Source: an uncultured Desulfatitalea sp. (lineage in GTDB: Bacteria > Desulfobacterota > Desulfobacteria > Desulfobacterales > Desulfosarcinaceae). Taken from it: a stretch of 64,000 bases of DNA. The stretch's first letter is position 1. Each line of letters opens with the position of its first letter. Shown here in pieces: positions 9,659 through 19,739 of the stretch. A program made the translations under genes and the position numbers. The stretch is taken from the NCBI GenBank assembly GCA_963668675.2, contig CAXXMB010000002.1, positions 2,624,001-2,688,000 of the forward strand, given 5' to 3'. Under the pieces are notes generated by a model, which did not search any database, had not been told where the DNA came from, and worked only from the letters and a program-made list of their open reading frames with translations.

Positions 9659-10579
9659 ATGAAAAAAGCGGTTTATCACGGTATTCGGGACATCCGGGTA
9701 GAGGATGTGGCGGACCCCACGCCCGGAAAGGGTGAGGTGAAGGTCCAGGTGAAGTATTGCGGCATCTGCGGGTCCGATCTGCATGAGTACCTGCACGGCC
9801 CCTTTCCGGAGAGCCCGTTCGGACACGAGGCCTGCGGGACGATTTCAGAGGTTGGTCCGGGAGTAGAGGAATACAAGGTCGGCGATCGGGTCTGTACCGT
9901 TACGCCTGGTGCCTATGCCGAGGCGGTGGTCTGTCCGGCCGAGCGTCTGATCGCCATTCCCGAAGGGGTGGAGTGGATGCGGGCCGTGGTTCTGGAGCCA
10001 CTCTCCGGGGCGGCCTACGCCATCGATCGCGGAGGGGTGAAGACCGGGGATACGGTGTTCATCGCCGGTGCCGGTACGGTCGGGCTGATGATGCTCCAGG
10101 GGCTCAAGGCCATGGGCGTGGAGACGGTCTACGTCACCGATGTATTGGAGAACCGGCGCAAGAAGGCCGAGGAGCTGGGTGCCACTATGGTGTGGAACCC
10201 CATGGAGGTCAGGAGCCCGGCTAAGATCAAGGAGATCACCGGCGGGCGCGGCGTGGATGTGGCCATCGAGGCCGTGGGCATCGAAGCGGCGCTGAAAGAC
10301 TGCCTTGCCTCGGCGCGCTACCAGGGGACGGTCATCGTCCAGGGGATTTTCACCGAGCGGGCCAATCTGCATATGCTCGGGTTCGTTACCCGGGAGACCA
10401 CCATGATCGGCACCGCCTCGATCAATCCGCCCCTGGCCATGAAGTGGCTGGCCACTGGTAAAATCAAACCCGAGAGCGTCGTGACTGATATCATTCCCCT
10501 GGCGGATATTGACGCCAAGGGGTTTGGCGTGCTTGCCGGCAAAAGTGAAACCGCGATCAAGATTGTGGTGGAAATGTAA
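9659..10579 (+). CDS. Zn-dependent medium-chain dehydrogenase (butanediol/threonine dehydrogenase-like)
   Basis: CGICGSDLH, GHE, VGDRV, GAGTVG; lacks the four-Cys structural-zinc lobe. Confidence 0.9.
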   Translation: MKKAVYHGIRDIRVEDVADPTPGKGEVKVQVKYCGICGSDLHEYLHGPFPESPFGHEACGTISEVGPGVEEYKVGDRVCTVTPGAYAEAVVCPAERLIAIPEGVEWMRAVVLEPLSGAAYAIDRGGVKTGDTVFIAGAGTVGLMMLQGLKAMGVETVYVTDVLENRRKKAEELGATMVWNPMEVRSPAKIKEITGGRGVDVAIEAVGIEAALKDCLASARYQGTVIVQGIFTERANLHMLGFVTRETTMIGTASINPPLAMKWLATGKIKPESVVTDIIPLADIDAKGFGVLAGKSETAIKIVVEM

Positions 10580-10648
10580 CCGTTCGACAAAAAGCATTGA
10601 GCCTGTCGGCGAACAGAATGCAGGTAAGATTGCCCTGCCTATAAGCTT

Positions 10649-10831
10649 GATGAACTTGTAAAACGTCCCAAAAGTGCTTTTCCTGTCATTCCGGCGAAGG
10701 CCGGGCACACAGGGAAGCTTTAGCGCTATCCAGTCTCTTCAACGGGTTCTGGATGCCCGATCAAAAAAGCTTGCCCCAGACCGCGATCCGGGGTCCGGCA
10801 TGACGGTTGAATGGTTTTTTACGAATTCATC
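10649..10831. mobile_element. MITE, copy 1 (REP-like core within TIRs)
   Basis: Ends GATGAACTTGTAAAA...TTTTACGAATTCATC, flanked by AAGCTT and AAATTT; internal GTCATTCCGGCGAAGGCCGG...CCGGCATGAC core. Confidence 0.75.
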
Positions 10832-13800
10832 AAATTTGGATCAATTCCGCCTGTGCGAGGCGATGGGTTGTCTCTTTTCGCCACGTTCCTTCTGAGCAGG
10901 CGTCGGCCATGGCCACCGCCAGATGTTGCGGCGGTGTGAGGCGCTGGCGTCCCAGGCCGTTGAGGCAGGCCGGGCAGTTGGTCAGTAGATGTTGTTGCGG
11001 ATGCCCGGTTGCCAGCGGTGCCAGGGCCGACCGCTTGCGGGCCAGCATGGCGGCGGCGATATCGGGCCGGCTCAAGGCCAGGGTGCCGGCTTCGGAGCAG
11101 CACTCGGGAATGGTGGTGACGCCTGCCGGTGCAATTTGCCCCAGCACTGTTTCCCCCTGTCCATCGAGAGAGTCGTGGCAGGGTTGATGGTAGCAGCACT
11201 CCCCCTCCAATCGAACTTCCAATCCCTGCGACAGTACGAAGCCGGATATATCAGCCAGCGGTGCGTTGAAGATGTCGGCGGTATTGATACGCTCCATTGC
11301 TTCGCGGCAGGTGCCGCAACTTACGATGCAGGCGTCGAAGTCGAGATAACCCAGCATAGCACGGATCTGGTTGAAGAGAATGGTGTTGTGCAGCTCCTGG
11401 CGGTGGGTGAGGTCGGTCTTGGCGTTGGCGCGGGCCGGAAATCCACAGCAGAGGTATTTGGGCGGCAGCACCACCCGTACGCCGGTTTGCAGCAGCAAAA
11501 AGATGGCGGCCAACCCGATATCGGCGTGCAGCCGTTCGGAGCCGCAGCCGGGGAAGTAGAAGACGGTGGCCGCCGGTGACGCTCCCTGCGGGGTGACCAC
11601 CAGCACATGGTTCAGGTCGTGGGCTCGCGGGTAGAGGTGCGGCAGCGGTTGGGCGGCGATGGCCGGTGCCGGCGCGTAGAGCGGCGCCAGGAGTGAGCTG
11701 CGGCGCCACTGGCGTCCGACGATCCGGGTTGCGGCCCGCTGCACGGCGCCGCCCCACTGAAACACGCTGCGGCGCACCAGGCGGTTGGTGGTACGGGAGC
11801 GCGAAGCGAGGTAGTTAAGGGCCAGGCGCGTGGGCCATGCAGTCTGCCGGGAGCCGTGGGTGGCCAGAACTTCGCGCTCGAGGATCGAGACTTCGGCGGT
11901 GTCGATATTCACCGGACAGGGTGGCTGGCACTTATGGCACAGGGTGCAGTGGTCGGCAATTTCGCCCAGCCAATGCAGCGAGCGCAATCCCAGTGCATTC
12001 GAACGCTGCGCTTCGTAGAGCAGGGCTTCGATAATGGCGACCAGGGCCAGGTTTTTGTTGCGCGGGTGGTAGAAGAGATTGCCAGCCGGGTAGAAGACAC
12101 AGCAGCCGGTTTTGCACCGGCCGCAGCGCACGCACTGGGAGATTTTTTCGGCCAGCTTTTCGAGGCGGCCGTATTGCAGGATGCGGGCCTCCAGCTCGAT
12201 GAGGTTGAACGATGGCGCATACACCCGATCGGCCACCGTGCGGTCGGTCAGTTTGCCCGGGTTGATCAGGTCGTCGGGGTCGGCCGCCTGCTGGTAAGCG
12301 CTGAACTCGGCCATGATCGCGTCGTCCAGATGCTTGATTTTGGTGAAACCGATGCCATGTTCGCCGCTCACCACCCCCTCCAGTTCGACCGTCTTCTCCA
12401 TGATGAGATCGGCCACTTCGGCGGCCCGGCGCATCATCTCACGATCGTTGGAGAAGACCGGGATGTTGACGTGCACGTTGCCATCACCGGCGTGCATGTG
12501 GGTGGCCACCACGATGCGGCGGTTGCGGATTTCAGTAATGTCGCTTTCGATCTGGGCCGTCACTTTGCTGTAACCGCGCAAGAGTTCGGCCATGGCGTCC
12601 CGGATAGCGCGCAGATGGGTTTCGGCCCGCAGGTGGGTGCGGCCGGCCAGTTTGATCTGGGCCATGGTTTCCTGGAGCAGTTGTTTGGCCCGGGGGAGTT
12701 TGGCGGTCAGCCACTCGGGGTCTTCGATGGGGACGGCTCGCTCCAGGTAGGTGAGCAGCTGCCAGATCACCTCCTCCTGGTTGGCTCGCTCCTCCTCGAC
12801 GTTGAGCTGGTCGACATAGGCGGCAAATTCGGCCAGGGCCTTCAAGGGCAGGACGATGTCTTCGTTGAGCTTGAAAGCGTTGGTGCGGGCGGCGATGGCC
12901 CCCAGGCGCTTACGGTCGCGCCAGAAGCGCTGGGCCTCCTGGTCGCTTTGGGCCACGGCCAGAAAGGTGTTGGGATAGTCTCCCAGCAAAAGGGTCAGCC
13001 GTTCGAGACCGGTGTCGATCTGGCCGGTGGTGTGGCCCACGATGTCGATGAGCAGCACGGCCTTGGGGCGCTCGCTGCGGGGCGCCTTGGCTTTGTATTG
13101 GATGGCCCGCACGTACTCTTCATCGAAGTGCTCCAAGGCCATCAGGGCCTCGCGGTCCTTCTCGGAGAAGGCCTGCGAGATGCGGTCGATCACTTCGGAG
13201 GCCTCCTCCATGTCTTCGCCGAAGAATTCGAGGCAGACCGTTCGCTGATGGGCGTACGCCTGGTGAAGCAGAAAGGTGGCCGAGGTGATGATGCCGTCGG
13301 TGCCCTCCTTCTGAACGCCCGGAAGTCCTTCGAGCGTTTTGTTGGTGATATCCTTTCCCAGGCCGGGTTTGCGCAGTTGCGAGCCCTCGATGTGGATCGT
13401 CTTGAGAGGCGCCTGTGCGACCGTGTCGATCACATCGAAGGAGATACGCTCTTCCGGATCGATGCGGCGGCCATGGGGGTGCAGCCGCCGCACCTCGACC
13501 AACCGGCCGTCTGCCAGCGCGATGCGAAAGCTCAGCAGGTTGTCGATGGCCGTTCCCCAGAGAACCGCCCGTTTGCCGCCGGCATTTTCGGCGATGTTGC
13601 CGCCGATGGTGCAGGCCCAGGAGGAGGTGGGGTCGGTGGCGAAGATCAGACCTGCCGCTTCGGCCGCCTGCATGGCCGCTTCGGTGATGACGCCGGCCTG
13701 CAGCTCGATGGTATCGAGGGTCAGGGGATCGCCGTTGGGTTGATTGAAACGCGCCTTTGAGATGCCACCGATGCGGTTGAGTTTCTCGGTATTGATGATA

Positions 13801-14432
13801 ACGCAATCGGGCACTACCGGCACCGCCCCTCCGGTCAGTCCAGTGCCGCCGCCCCGGGGGATCGCCTTGAGTCCGAGGCTGGCAACGGCTTGCAGCAGGC
13901 GCGGCACCTGCTCCTCCGCGCTGGGGCACACCACGGCGACCGGAAGGTGCAGGCGCCAATCGGTGGCGTCGGTGGCGTGGGCACAGAGGGTGAATGGATC
14001 GAAGAAGAGGTTCTGGTCGCCGACGATGGCACCCAGGCGACGGCGCATCCGTTCCCGTTGTTCGGTCGTGGTCGCCAGGCCGTGGCCCAGGGCATCGAGC
14101 TGCTCACGGCATCTCTCCAGCACCAGCTCCAGTTCCGGGGTCTCCTGGCCCCGCGCAGCGATCAGGTCGAGGTCCCGGCGGGCATTGGAGAGAAACCGAT
14201 GCCGTTGCTTGCGGTCGTCAACCAACTCCTGGTAGAGAAACGGGTTGCGGCGGAGGATGAAAAGATCCCCGATGGTGCGCATGAGCAGGCGCCAGGAGCG
14301 GCCTGTTCGGCGGGTGAACACCAACCGTTCGAGGGGGGCGAGCACCTCTTCGCCCAGCAGCAGGGTCCAGATGCGCCGGTCGTCGGCTGAGGTATAGTTG
14401 AACGGGATCTCTCTGGCTGTGGTGCTGTTCAT
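10830..14432 (-). CDS. Large FAD-binding / Fe-S oxidoreductase (GlcD-like FAD domain, 4Fe-4S domain, CCG domains; DUF3683/DUF3400-like)
   Basis: PRGGGTGLTGG, TIGGNIAENAGG, HAGDGNVH, SGEHGIG, CVRCGRC, CTLCHKCQPPCP, CCGFP, CPAC. Confidence 0.9.
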   Translation of the reverse strand: MNSTTAREIPFNYTSADDRRIWTLLLGEEVLAPLERLVFTRRTGRSWRLLMRTIGDLFILRRNPFLYQELVDDRKQRHRFLSNARRDLDLIAARGQETPELELVLERCREQLDALGHGLATTTEQRERMRRRLGAIVGDQNLFFDPFTLCAHATDATDWRLHLPVAVVCPSAEEQVPRLLQAVASLGLKAIPRGGGTGLTGGAVPVVPDCVIINTEKLNRIGGISKARFNQPNGDPLTLDTIELQAGVITEAAMQAAEAAGLIFATDPTSSWACTIGGNIAENAGGKRAVLWGTAIDNLLSFRIALADGRLVEVRRLHPHGRRIDPEERISFDVIDTVAQAPLKTIHIEGSQLRKPGLGKDITNKTLEGLPGVQKEGTDGIITSATFLLHQAYAHQRTVCLEFFGEDMEEASEVIDRISQAFSEKDREALMALEHFDEEYVRAIQYKAKAPRSERPKAVLLIDIVGHTTGQIDTGLERLTLLLGDYPNTFLAVAQSDQEAQRFWRDRKRLGAIAARTNAFKLNEDIVLPLKALAEFAAYVDQLNVEEERANQEEVIWQLLTYLERAVPIEDPEWLTAKLPRAKQLLQETMAQIKLAGRTHLRAETHLRAIRDAMAELLRGYSKVTAQIESDITEIRNRRIVVATHMHAGDGNVHVNIPVFSNDREMMRRAAEVADLIMEKTVELEGVVSGEHGIGFTKIKHLDDAIMAEFSAYQQAADPDDLINPGKLTDRTVADRVYAPSFNLIELEARILQYGRLEKLAEKISQCVRCGRCKTGCCVFYPAGNLFYHPRNKNLALVAIIEALLYEAQRSNALGLRSLHWLGEIADHCTLCHKCQPPCPVNIDTAEVSILEREVLATHGSRQTAWPTRLALNYLASRSRTTNRLVRRSVFQWGGAVQRAATRIVGRQWRRSSLLAPLYAPAPAIAAQPLPHLYPRAHDLNHVLVVTPQGASPAATVFYFPGCGSERLHADIGLAAIFLLLQTGVRVVLPPKYLCCGFPARANAKTDLTHRQELHNTILFNQIRAMLGYLDFDACIVSCGTCREAMERINTADIFNAPLADISGFVLSQGLEVRLEGECCYHQPCHDSLDGQGETVLGQIAPAGVTTIPECCSEAGTLALSRPDIAAAMLARKRSALAPLATGHPQQHLLTNCPACLNGLGRQRLTPPQHLAVAMADACSEGTWRKETTHRLAQAELIQI

Positions 14433-14599
14433 GTGTGTCTAGTGTGAAATCGGTATGTATATTCAATGGTCCACAAACAAAAAACGCCCCCGGGGCGAAA
14501 CCGGATGCGCACAAATGGGCCTCCTGTTTATATTCCGGTTACCCTTATCGATCAAGGGCGGGGCTGATGCAACCCTATTTTTAGCGGCTCACCGGACAA

Positions 14600-14714
14600 G
14601 TCCCCCTTTGAAATAGGGGGATTTAGCGGGATTTTAGGGTATTAGGGAAATTGTCGATGGGCGTAAGCTTACCTTGCGACCCCAGTAAAATCCCCCTCGA
14701 TCGAGGGGGATTTT
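14600..14714. repeat. Pair of CCCCCT-loop-AGGGGG palindromes (second REP-like family)
   Basis: TCCCCCTTTGAAATAGGGGGA and AAAATCCCCCTCGATCGAGGGGGATTTT; a related hairpin lies at about 46226-46253. The second may terminate the EF-hand gene. Confidence 0.55.
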
Positions 14715-14743
14715 ATCTGGTGCGGTGGCCTGGTGCAGGGGGA

Positions 14744-15478
14744 TCAGGCCTGGGTGCTTATCGAGAGAAGTGTTTCGGAAGCGAAGGATTGGCTGCTGCC
14801 GCCAAACATGGCTGTTAGATCGGATTGTGCGCCCAGCCCCGCTCCCAGGGCAGCCATCTTCATGTAGTTTTCAATGCCGGCCAAGACCGCCTGAGAGACA
14901 CCCTCGGATTGAGCCGACAACCCATTTGGCGGCGGGGGGCCCTCGGGCCGGTTGGCTTCCAAGGCCGCCATGGCCTCCTCTTCGTTGAGGACGCCGTCTT
15001 CATCTTCGTCATGGGCAGCCAGCAGCTCGGCCGCGTCCATCTCTTCCGATGCGGCCTGGTTGATGAAGTCGACCAGGGTTTGTGTTTCGGTCTCATCGAG
15101 CGTGCCGTCTTCGTCCTCGTCGGCATCGCTAACGAGCTGTGACAAGTCGGGTGGTGAGCCGCCCATCATGCCGCCGGGCGGGGGACCTTGCGGCGGGGGG
15201 CCTTGGGGCCGGTTGGCTTCCATGGCGGTTTGGGTTTCGCTCTCACTGAGCACCCCGTTACCATCTTCATCGTAAGTGGCGAACAACGCTTCGACATCGA
15301 CCTCTTCTCCGGTCGCTTCACTGATCTTGTCAGCCAGGGTCTGGAACTCGGTTTGATCCAGGCCGCCGCTGCCGTCCGTGTCCACTTCGGCGAACTTCTC
15401 CGCAGGGTCCGGCCGTTTGCCCATGCCGGACATCTGCCCCATGTAGTACATGCTTGAACTCGTGCTGCTGATCATCAT
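14744..15478 (-). CDS. Acidic EF-hand domain protein with an internal duplication
   Basis: DTDGSGGLDQTEF, DEDGNGVLSESE, DEDEDGTLDETE, DEDEDGVLNEEE; repeated EANRP(Q/E)GPPP; AGGAGG RBS. Confidence 0.85.
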   Translation of the reverse strand: MMISSTSSSMYYMGQMSGMGKRPDPAEKFAEVDTDGSGGLDQTEFQTLADKISEATGEEVDVEALFATYDEDGNGVLSESETQTAMEANRPQGPPPQGPPPGGMMGGSPPDLSQLVSDADEDEDGTLDETETQTLVDFINQAASEEMDAAELLAAHDEDEDGVLNEEEAMAALEANRPEGPPPPNGLSAQSEGVSQAVLAGIENYMKMAALGAGLGAQSDLTAMFGGSSQSFASETLLSISTQA

Positions 15479-15628
15479 AATAATCCTCCTTTAGCTGATG
15501 GGTTAAAAATTGCCTGACCGCCAGCATGAGGCGGCAATCAGACGCGTGACGGCCAAGCGGTCAAGATTCACTACAATTCGTAACTATATTTTATATCGTG
15601 TAAAAATCGGCGGGCTTTATGGCAGTTG

Positions 15629-15656
15629 TGTTACTTGTATGTAACTCTTTGTAACA
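15629..15656 (-). promoter_or_regulatory. Tandem G(T/A)(T/A)ACA repeats resembling an RstA box, upstream of the EF-hand gene
   Basis: Minus strand TGTTACA-AAGA-GTTACA-TACAA-GTAACA with 10-11 bp spacing, upstream of an AT-rich TATAAAAT. Confidence 0.55.
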
Positions 15657-15687
15657 CTGGTAGAAGGGGGGCGAATAGGGATGGAGG

Positions 15688-16416
15688 CTAAGTCCGGACG
15701 CTGTTGTCGATAAAGAGATAACCGACCCCCCGGACCGTCTTCAGGTAGGTGGGGTTGTCGGCGTCGTCTCCCAATTGCTGGCGAATTCGGGAGACATAGA
15801 CATCCACGGATCGGTCGAAGCCGTTGTACTTTTCCCGGTACATGGCTTCGTAGAGTTCGTCCCGGGAAACCACGCGACCGGTCCGTTTGGCCAGGTACCA
15901 GAGCAGTTCGAACTGGATGGTCGTGAGCTCGATCGGCCGGTTGGCCAGGAAGACCTCTCTGCGGGTGGCGTCCACCACCAGCTCTCCGGCCCGGATTCGG
16001 CGACCGTCGGTCACGCCTGCCGCGCCGTGGCGGCGTTTGAGGTGGGCGATGAATCTGGCGGCCAGCAAAGCCGGCGATGCGGGCAGAATGATATAGTCGT
16101 CGGCACCCCGTTCGAAGGCGAGCAGCTGCGCGGCCTCATCACCGCTCTCGCCGGTAAAGAGGATCAGGCCGTTGTAGTAGGGGCGGATGGCGGCACAGAC
16201 GTCATAGGCGCCGGCCACGGGGAGTTGGGCACCCATCAGAACGATGTCCGGGGCCGATGTGATGATCTGGCCGATGGCCTGGCTACTTTCGCGAATACAG
16301 CGCACGATGAAATCCTTGGCCGAGAGATAGTTGACCAGCGGGTGGTCGTCGTCCAGGGCCGCGTCGCAGATAAAGATCGTCGAAGGCTTTTTGCGGATCA
16401 CTGTTGGGCTCAACAT
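15688..16416 (-). CDS. OmpR-family (RstA-like) response regulator with an atypical receiver domain
   Basis: Winged-helix C-terminus DRSVDVYVSRIRQQLGDD...KTVRGVGYLF; phospho-Asp replaced by Gly (DIVLMG) and the conserved Lys replaced by Leu (YIILP). Confidence 0.85.
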   Translation of the reverse strand: MLSPTVIRKKPSTIFICDAALDDDHPLVNYLSAKDFIVRCIRESSQAIGQIITSAPDIVLMGAQLPVAGAYDVCAAIRPYYNGLILFTGESGDEAAQLLAFERGADDYIILPASPALLAARFIAHLKRRHGAAGVTDGRRIRAGELVVDATRREVFLANRPIELTTIQFELLWYLAKRTGRVVSRDELYEAMYREKYNGFDRSVDVYVSRIRQQLGDDADNPTYLKTVRGVGYLFIDNSVRT

Positions 16417-16503
16417 CGCTCCTTTCCCGGGAAGGGGTCAATTTTCACAACGGCGCAGGTGAAAAAGCAGATCCACATGCGTGGGGCGTATCGCAATCTT
16501 ACG

Positions 16504-17718
16504 CTACTCATAGCGAAGCGCCTCGATGGGGTCCAGGCTGGCCGCTTTCCTGGCTGGAAAGTAGCCGAACGCAACGCCCACCATGCCCGAAAAGAGAAAT
16601 GCCGCAGTCACAATGCCCGGCTTGAAGACGAAGGGAATGCCGATCAGCCGGGTGCCGATGCCGGAGGCGGCCAGCCCAAGGATAACACCGATCAAGCCGC
16701 CGAAGGCGGCCAACACCACCGACTCCACCAGAAATTGCGTCAGCACTTCGCGCTCCAGGGCGCCGATGGCCAGCCGGGTGCCGATCTCGCGGGTGCGTTC
16801 GGTCACCGAAACCATCATGATGTTCATGATGCCGATGCCGCCCACCAGAAGACTGACACCGGCCACGGCGCTTAACAAGGCTGTCAGGACCGTGGTCGTT
16901 CCGGTGAGGGTGTCGATGAGCTCTTTCATGTCGCGAACATGAAAATCGTCATCCTGGCCGGCGCCGATCCCGCGCCGCTCGCGCATCAATCGTTCGATGG
17001 CGGTTTTTACCGCCGCGGTGGAGATTCCGTCGCGCGCGGCAACGAGAATTGTCGACACATCCGTGTTGCCGGCGATTCGCCGCTGCAGGGTCTTCACGGG
17101 AACGATGACGATGTCGTCCTGGTCCTGCCCGAAGCTGGACTGCCCTTTCTCATTGAGCGTACCGATCACTTTGAAAGAGATCTTGCCCAACCGGATGGCC
17201 TGACCGATCGGAGAGACGCGGCCGAAGAGCTCCGTCTGAACGGTATGCCCCAGCAGGCAGACCGCCTTTCCCGCTTTCTCCTCCCCGGCGCTGAATTCAC
17301 GCCCCTCACCGAGCTGCCACCCCTGCACTGTGAGAAAGGCGTTGGTGGTGCCGGTGATGGCGGTGGCCCAGTTGGCGCTGCCGTAGATGGCCTGCTGGGA
17401 GGCGCTGACGGTCGGCGCCACCGCTTGGAGGCCGTAGATATTGTTTTGGATCGCTTCGGCATCCGCCACTTCAAATGCATCCGCACTGCTACGGGCGCCG
17501 CCCGGCCCGCGCATGCCCTGCCCCGGGCGCACATGCAGCTGGTTGCTGCCCAACTGGGAGATGTCATTGGTCACTTTGGCCGTGGCGCCGCTGCCCAGGG
17601 TCACCATGGCGATCACTGCGGCGACGCCGATCACGATGCCCAGAATGGTGAGGAAAGAGCGCAGTACATTGCGCCGGATGGCCCGCTGGGCCAACAGAAA
17701 TGCTTCCCATATCATCAT
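16504..17718 (-). CDS. MacB-type ABC permease
   Basis: RSFLTILGIVIGVAAV, GGIGIMNIMMVSVTERTREIG, PARKAASLDPIEALRYE. Confidence 0.95.
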   Translation of the reverse strand: MMIWEAFLLAQRAIRRNVLRSFLTILGIVIGVAAVIAMVTLGSGATAKVTNDISQLGSNQLHVRPGQGMRGPGGARSSADAFEVADAEAIQNNIYGLQAVAPTVSASQQAIYGSANWATAITGTTNAFLTVQGWQLGEGREFSAGEEKAGKAVCLLGHTVQTELFGRVSPIGQAIRLGKISFKVIGTLNEKGQSSFGQDQDDIVIVPVKTLQRRIAGNTDVSTILVAARDGISTAAVKTAIERLMRERRGIGAGQDDDFHVRDMKELIDTLTGTTTVLTALLSAVAGVSLLVGGIGIMNIMMVSVTERTREIGTRLAIGALEREVLTQFLVESVVLAAFGGLIGVILGLAASGIGTRLIGIPFVFKPGIVTAAFLFSGMVGVAFGYFPARKAASLDPIEALRYE

Positions 17719-18419
17719 GATGCCGCTCCGCGGTTTGAGTCCCCCGTAATACGTCCATCCTGGAAGTGCAGCCGGCGGCCGGCATAGGCGGCCATCTCCT
17801 CCTCATGGGTCACCATGACGATGGTGATCCCTTTCCGGCGATTGAAGGATAGCAGCATCTCCATGATCTCTCTGCTTCTTACCGAGTCCAGGTTGCCCGT
17901 GGGTTCGTCGGCCAGTAGTATTTTGGGCCGGCCGGCGATGGCCCTGGCGATGGCCACGCGCTGTTGTTGTCCGCCGGAGAGTTCTGCCGGCGTGTGGTGG
18001 GCCCAGCGTTCGAGCCCCACGGTGGCAAGTGCTTCCATGGCCCGCTGGCGCCGAATTTTTGTATGAATTTTTCGATAGACCAGCGGCAGTTCGACGTTTT
18101 CAAGGGCCGATGTGCGGCTCAAGAGGTTGAATCCCTGGAAGATGAATCCCAGGTAGTGTCGCCGCAGCGCGGCCCGCTGGTTGCGGGAGAGCTGTTCCAC
18201 CGCTACGCCGTCGAAGCGGTAGCCTCCACGGGTGGGGGTGTCGAGGCATCCCAGGATATTCAGGCAGGTGGATTTGCCCGATCCGCTGGGGCCCATCATG
18301 GCCACAAACTCTCCCTCGCCGATGCGCAGGTCGATCCGTTTCAGGGCCTGCATCGCCGCCTGGCCCTGGCCATAGATTTTGGCGACGCCGCTGAATTCGA
18401 TCAGGGCGGGTTTTAGCAA
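17715..18419 (-). CDS. MacB/LolD-type ABC ATPase
   Basis: GPSGSGKST, LSGGQQQR, LADEPTGNLD, VTH; probable TTG start at 18419 after AAGAGG. Confidence 0.93.
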   Translation of the reverse strand: MLKPALIEFSGVAKIYGQGQAAMQALKRIDLRIGEGEFVAMMGPSGSGKSTCLNILGCLDTPTRGGYRFDGVAVEQLSRNQRAALRRHYLGFIFQGFNLLSRTSALENVELPLVYRKIHTKIRRQRAMEALATVGLERWAHHTPAELSGGQQQRVAIARAIAGRPKILLADEPTGNLDSVRSREIMEMLLSFNRRKGITIVMVTHEEEMAAYAGRRLHFQDGRITGDSNRGAAS

Positions 18420-18438
18420 AGGGCGTTCCCTCTTTCGA

Positions 18439-19734
18439 TCAGTTGGTGGCGATTGCGTTAACAACAAGCGCTTCATCCTCCTGCAGTTGTGTTGATCGGA
18501 CGGCCGTCAATGCCATGTCGGTGGCGATCTTCTCGACCGGCACCGGCACCGGCCGGCCCTCATTCAAGACCCAGACGTTGGTCTCCATTGCCTGCCTATC
18601 CGGCCCACTGTTCCCGGAGTCCTTTTTCGAGGCGCTGCGGTGGGGCGGCCGCGGCAGAAGGGAATCCAGCAGACTCCGGTTTCGTCTTCCGCCTGCGGCC
18701 GCAACGGGGGGGGAAAAGCGCAGTGCCGCGTTCGGCACCAGCAGGGTGTTCTCTACTTTCTGTACGACAATGTCTGCCGTGGCGGTCATGCCGGGCCTCA
18801 GCAGAAGATCCGGGTTCTCCACCCGCAGCACCGCCTTGTAGGTGACCACACCATCGGTGGTCTCCGCACCGTAGCGGACCTGGGTGATCTGCGCCTCGAA
18901 GGTGCGCTCCGGGTAGGCGTCCACCGTGAAGGTGGCCAGCTGCCCCTCTCTCACCTGGCCCACGTCGGCTTCGTCCACATCCACCTGGAGCTCCATGTGG
19001 TGCAGGTCCTCGGCCAGGACAAAGAGGACCGGGGCCTCCAGGGAGGCCGCCACCGTCTGGCCTGGTTCAACGTCGCGGCTGAGGACGATGCCATTGATCG
19101 GTGCATAGATGACCGTGCGTTTGAGGTCGGTCTGGTTTGACCGGAGGTTGGCCAGGGCGCTCTCGATGGCTGCCGCCGCGGATTGGACCGCTGCGGTCGA
19201 GCGCTCCAGATCGGCCTCCGCCTCCTCCAGGTCCTCCAGGGACGGTAGCTTGCCATTGGTCAGCTCGCGTGTTTTGCGGTAGCGCCGCACCTTCTTCTCA
19301 GCGGCCTTTTGGGTGGCGACAGCTTCTTGATGGTCGGCCCGGGCCGACGCCACCTCTGCCTCGGATTTCATGACCGCAGCGCTGTATTTGGCGTCGTCCA
19401 GGTAGGCCAACGGCTGGCCGAGCGTTACATTGTCGTTGTAATCCGCGGTCATGCGGGTGATCGTTCCCGAAAGTTCACTGCCCACCTCCACCTGGTTGGT
19501 CGCCTCCAGGTTGCCGGTGGCGGTGACCGTGACCACCAGGTTCCCTAAGCGCACCGGTTGGGTCTCATAGAGCATCGGGGCATCCTGGCCGCCCACTGAC
19601 CATGCCACCGTCAAGGCCACAAGGGAGAGCAGCAGGATGATACCGGCGATCCAGGCGATGCGGCGTTTGCGACCGGCAGTTTTTTCCACCTGCGCCATCA
19701 TCTCTTTGGTTGGGGTGTTTGTTGTCTCTATCAT
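18439..19734 (-). CDS. MacA-type periplasmic adaptor (membrane fusion protein)
   Basis: N-terminal TM segment, VTATGNL, IYAPINGIV, VDEADVG, LRPGMTA. Confidence 0.92.
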   Translation of the reverse strand: MIETTNTPTKEMMAQVEKTAGRKRRIAWIAGIILLLSLVALTVAWSVGGQDAPMLYETQPVRLGNLVVTVTATGNLEATNQVEVGSELSGTITRMTADYNDNVTLGQPLAYLDDAKYSAAVMKSEAEVASARADHQEAVATQKAAEKKVRRYRKTRELTNGKLPSLEDLEEAEADLERSTAAVQSAAAAIESALANLRSNQTDLKRTVIYAPINGIVLSRDVEPGQTVAASLEAPVLFVLAEDLHHMELQVDVDEADVGQVREGQLATFTVDAYPERTFEAQITQVRYGAETTDGVVTYKAVLRVENPDLLLRPGMTATADIVVQKVENTLLVPNAALRFSPPVAAAGGRRNRSLLDSLLPRPPHRSASKKDSGNSGPDRQAMETNVWVLNEGRPVPVPVEKIATDMALTAVRSTQLQEDEALVVNAIATN

Positions 19735-19739
19735 TGTGC

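Noticed and set aside
11856..13760. 634-aa plus-strand ORF, and similar long antisense ORFs (1218..2357, 15775..16875, 33644..34765, 53954..54982, 61689..62861)
   Set aside because: Shadow frames opposite well-supported genes in GC-rich DNA; no recognisable motifs.
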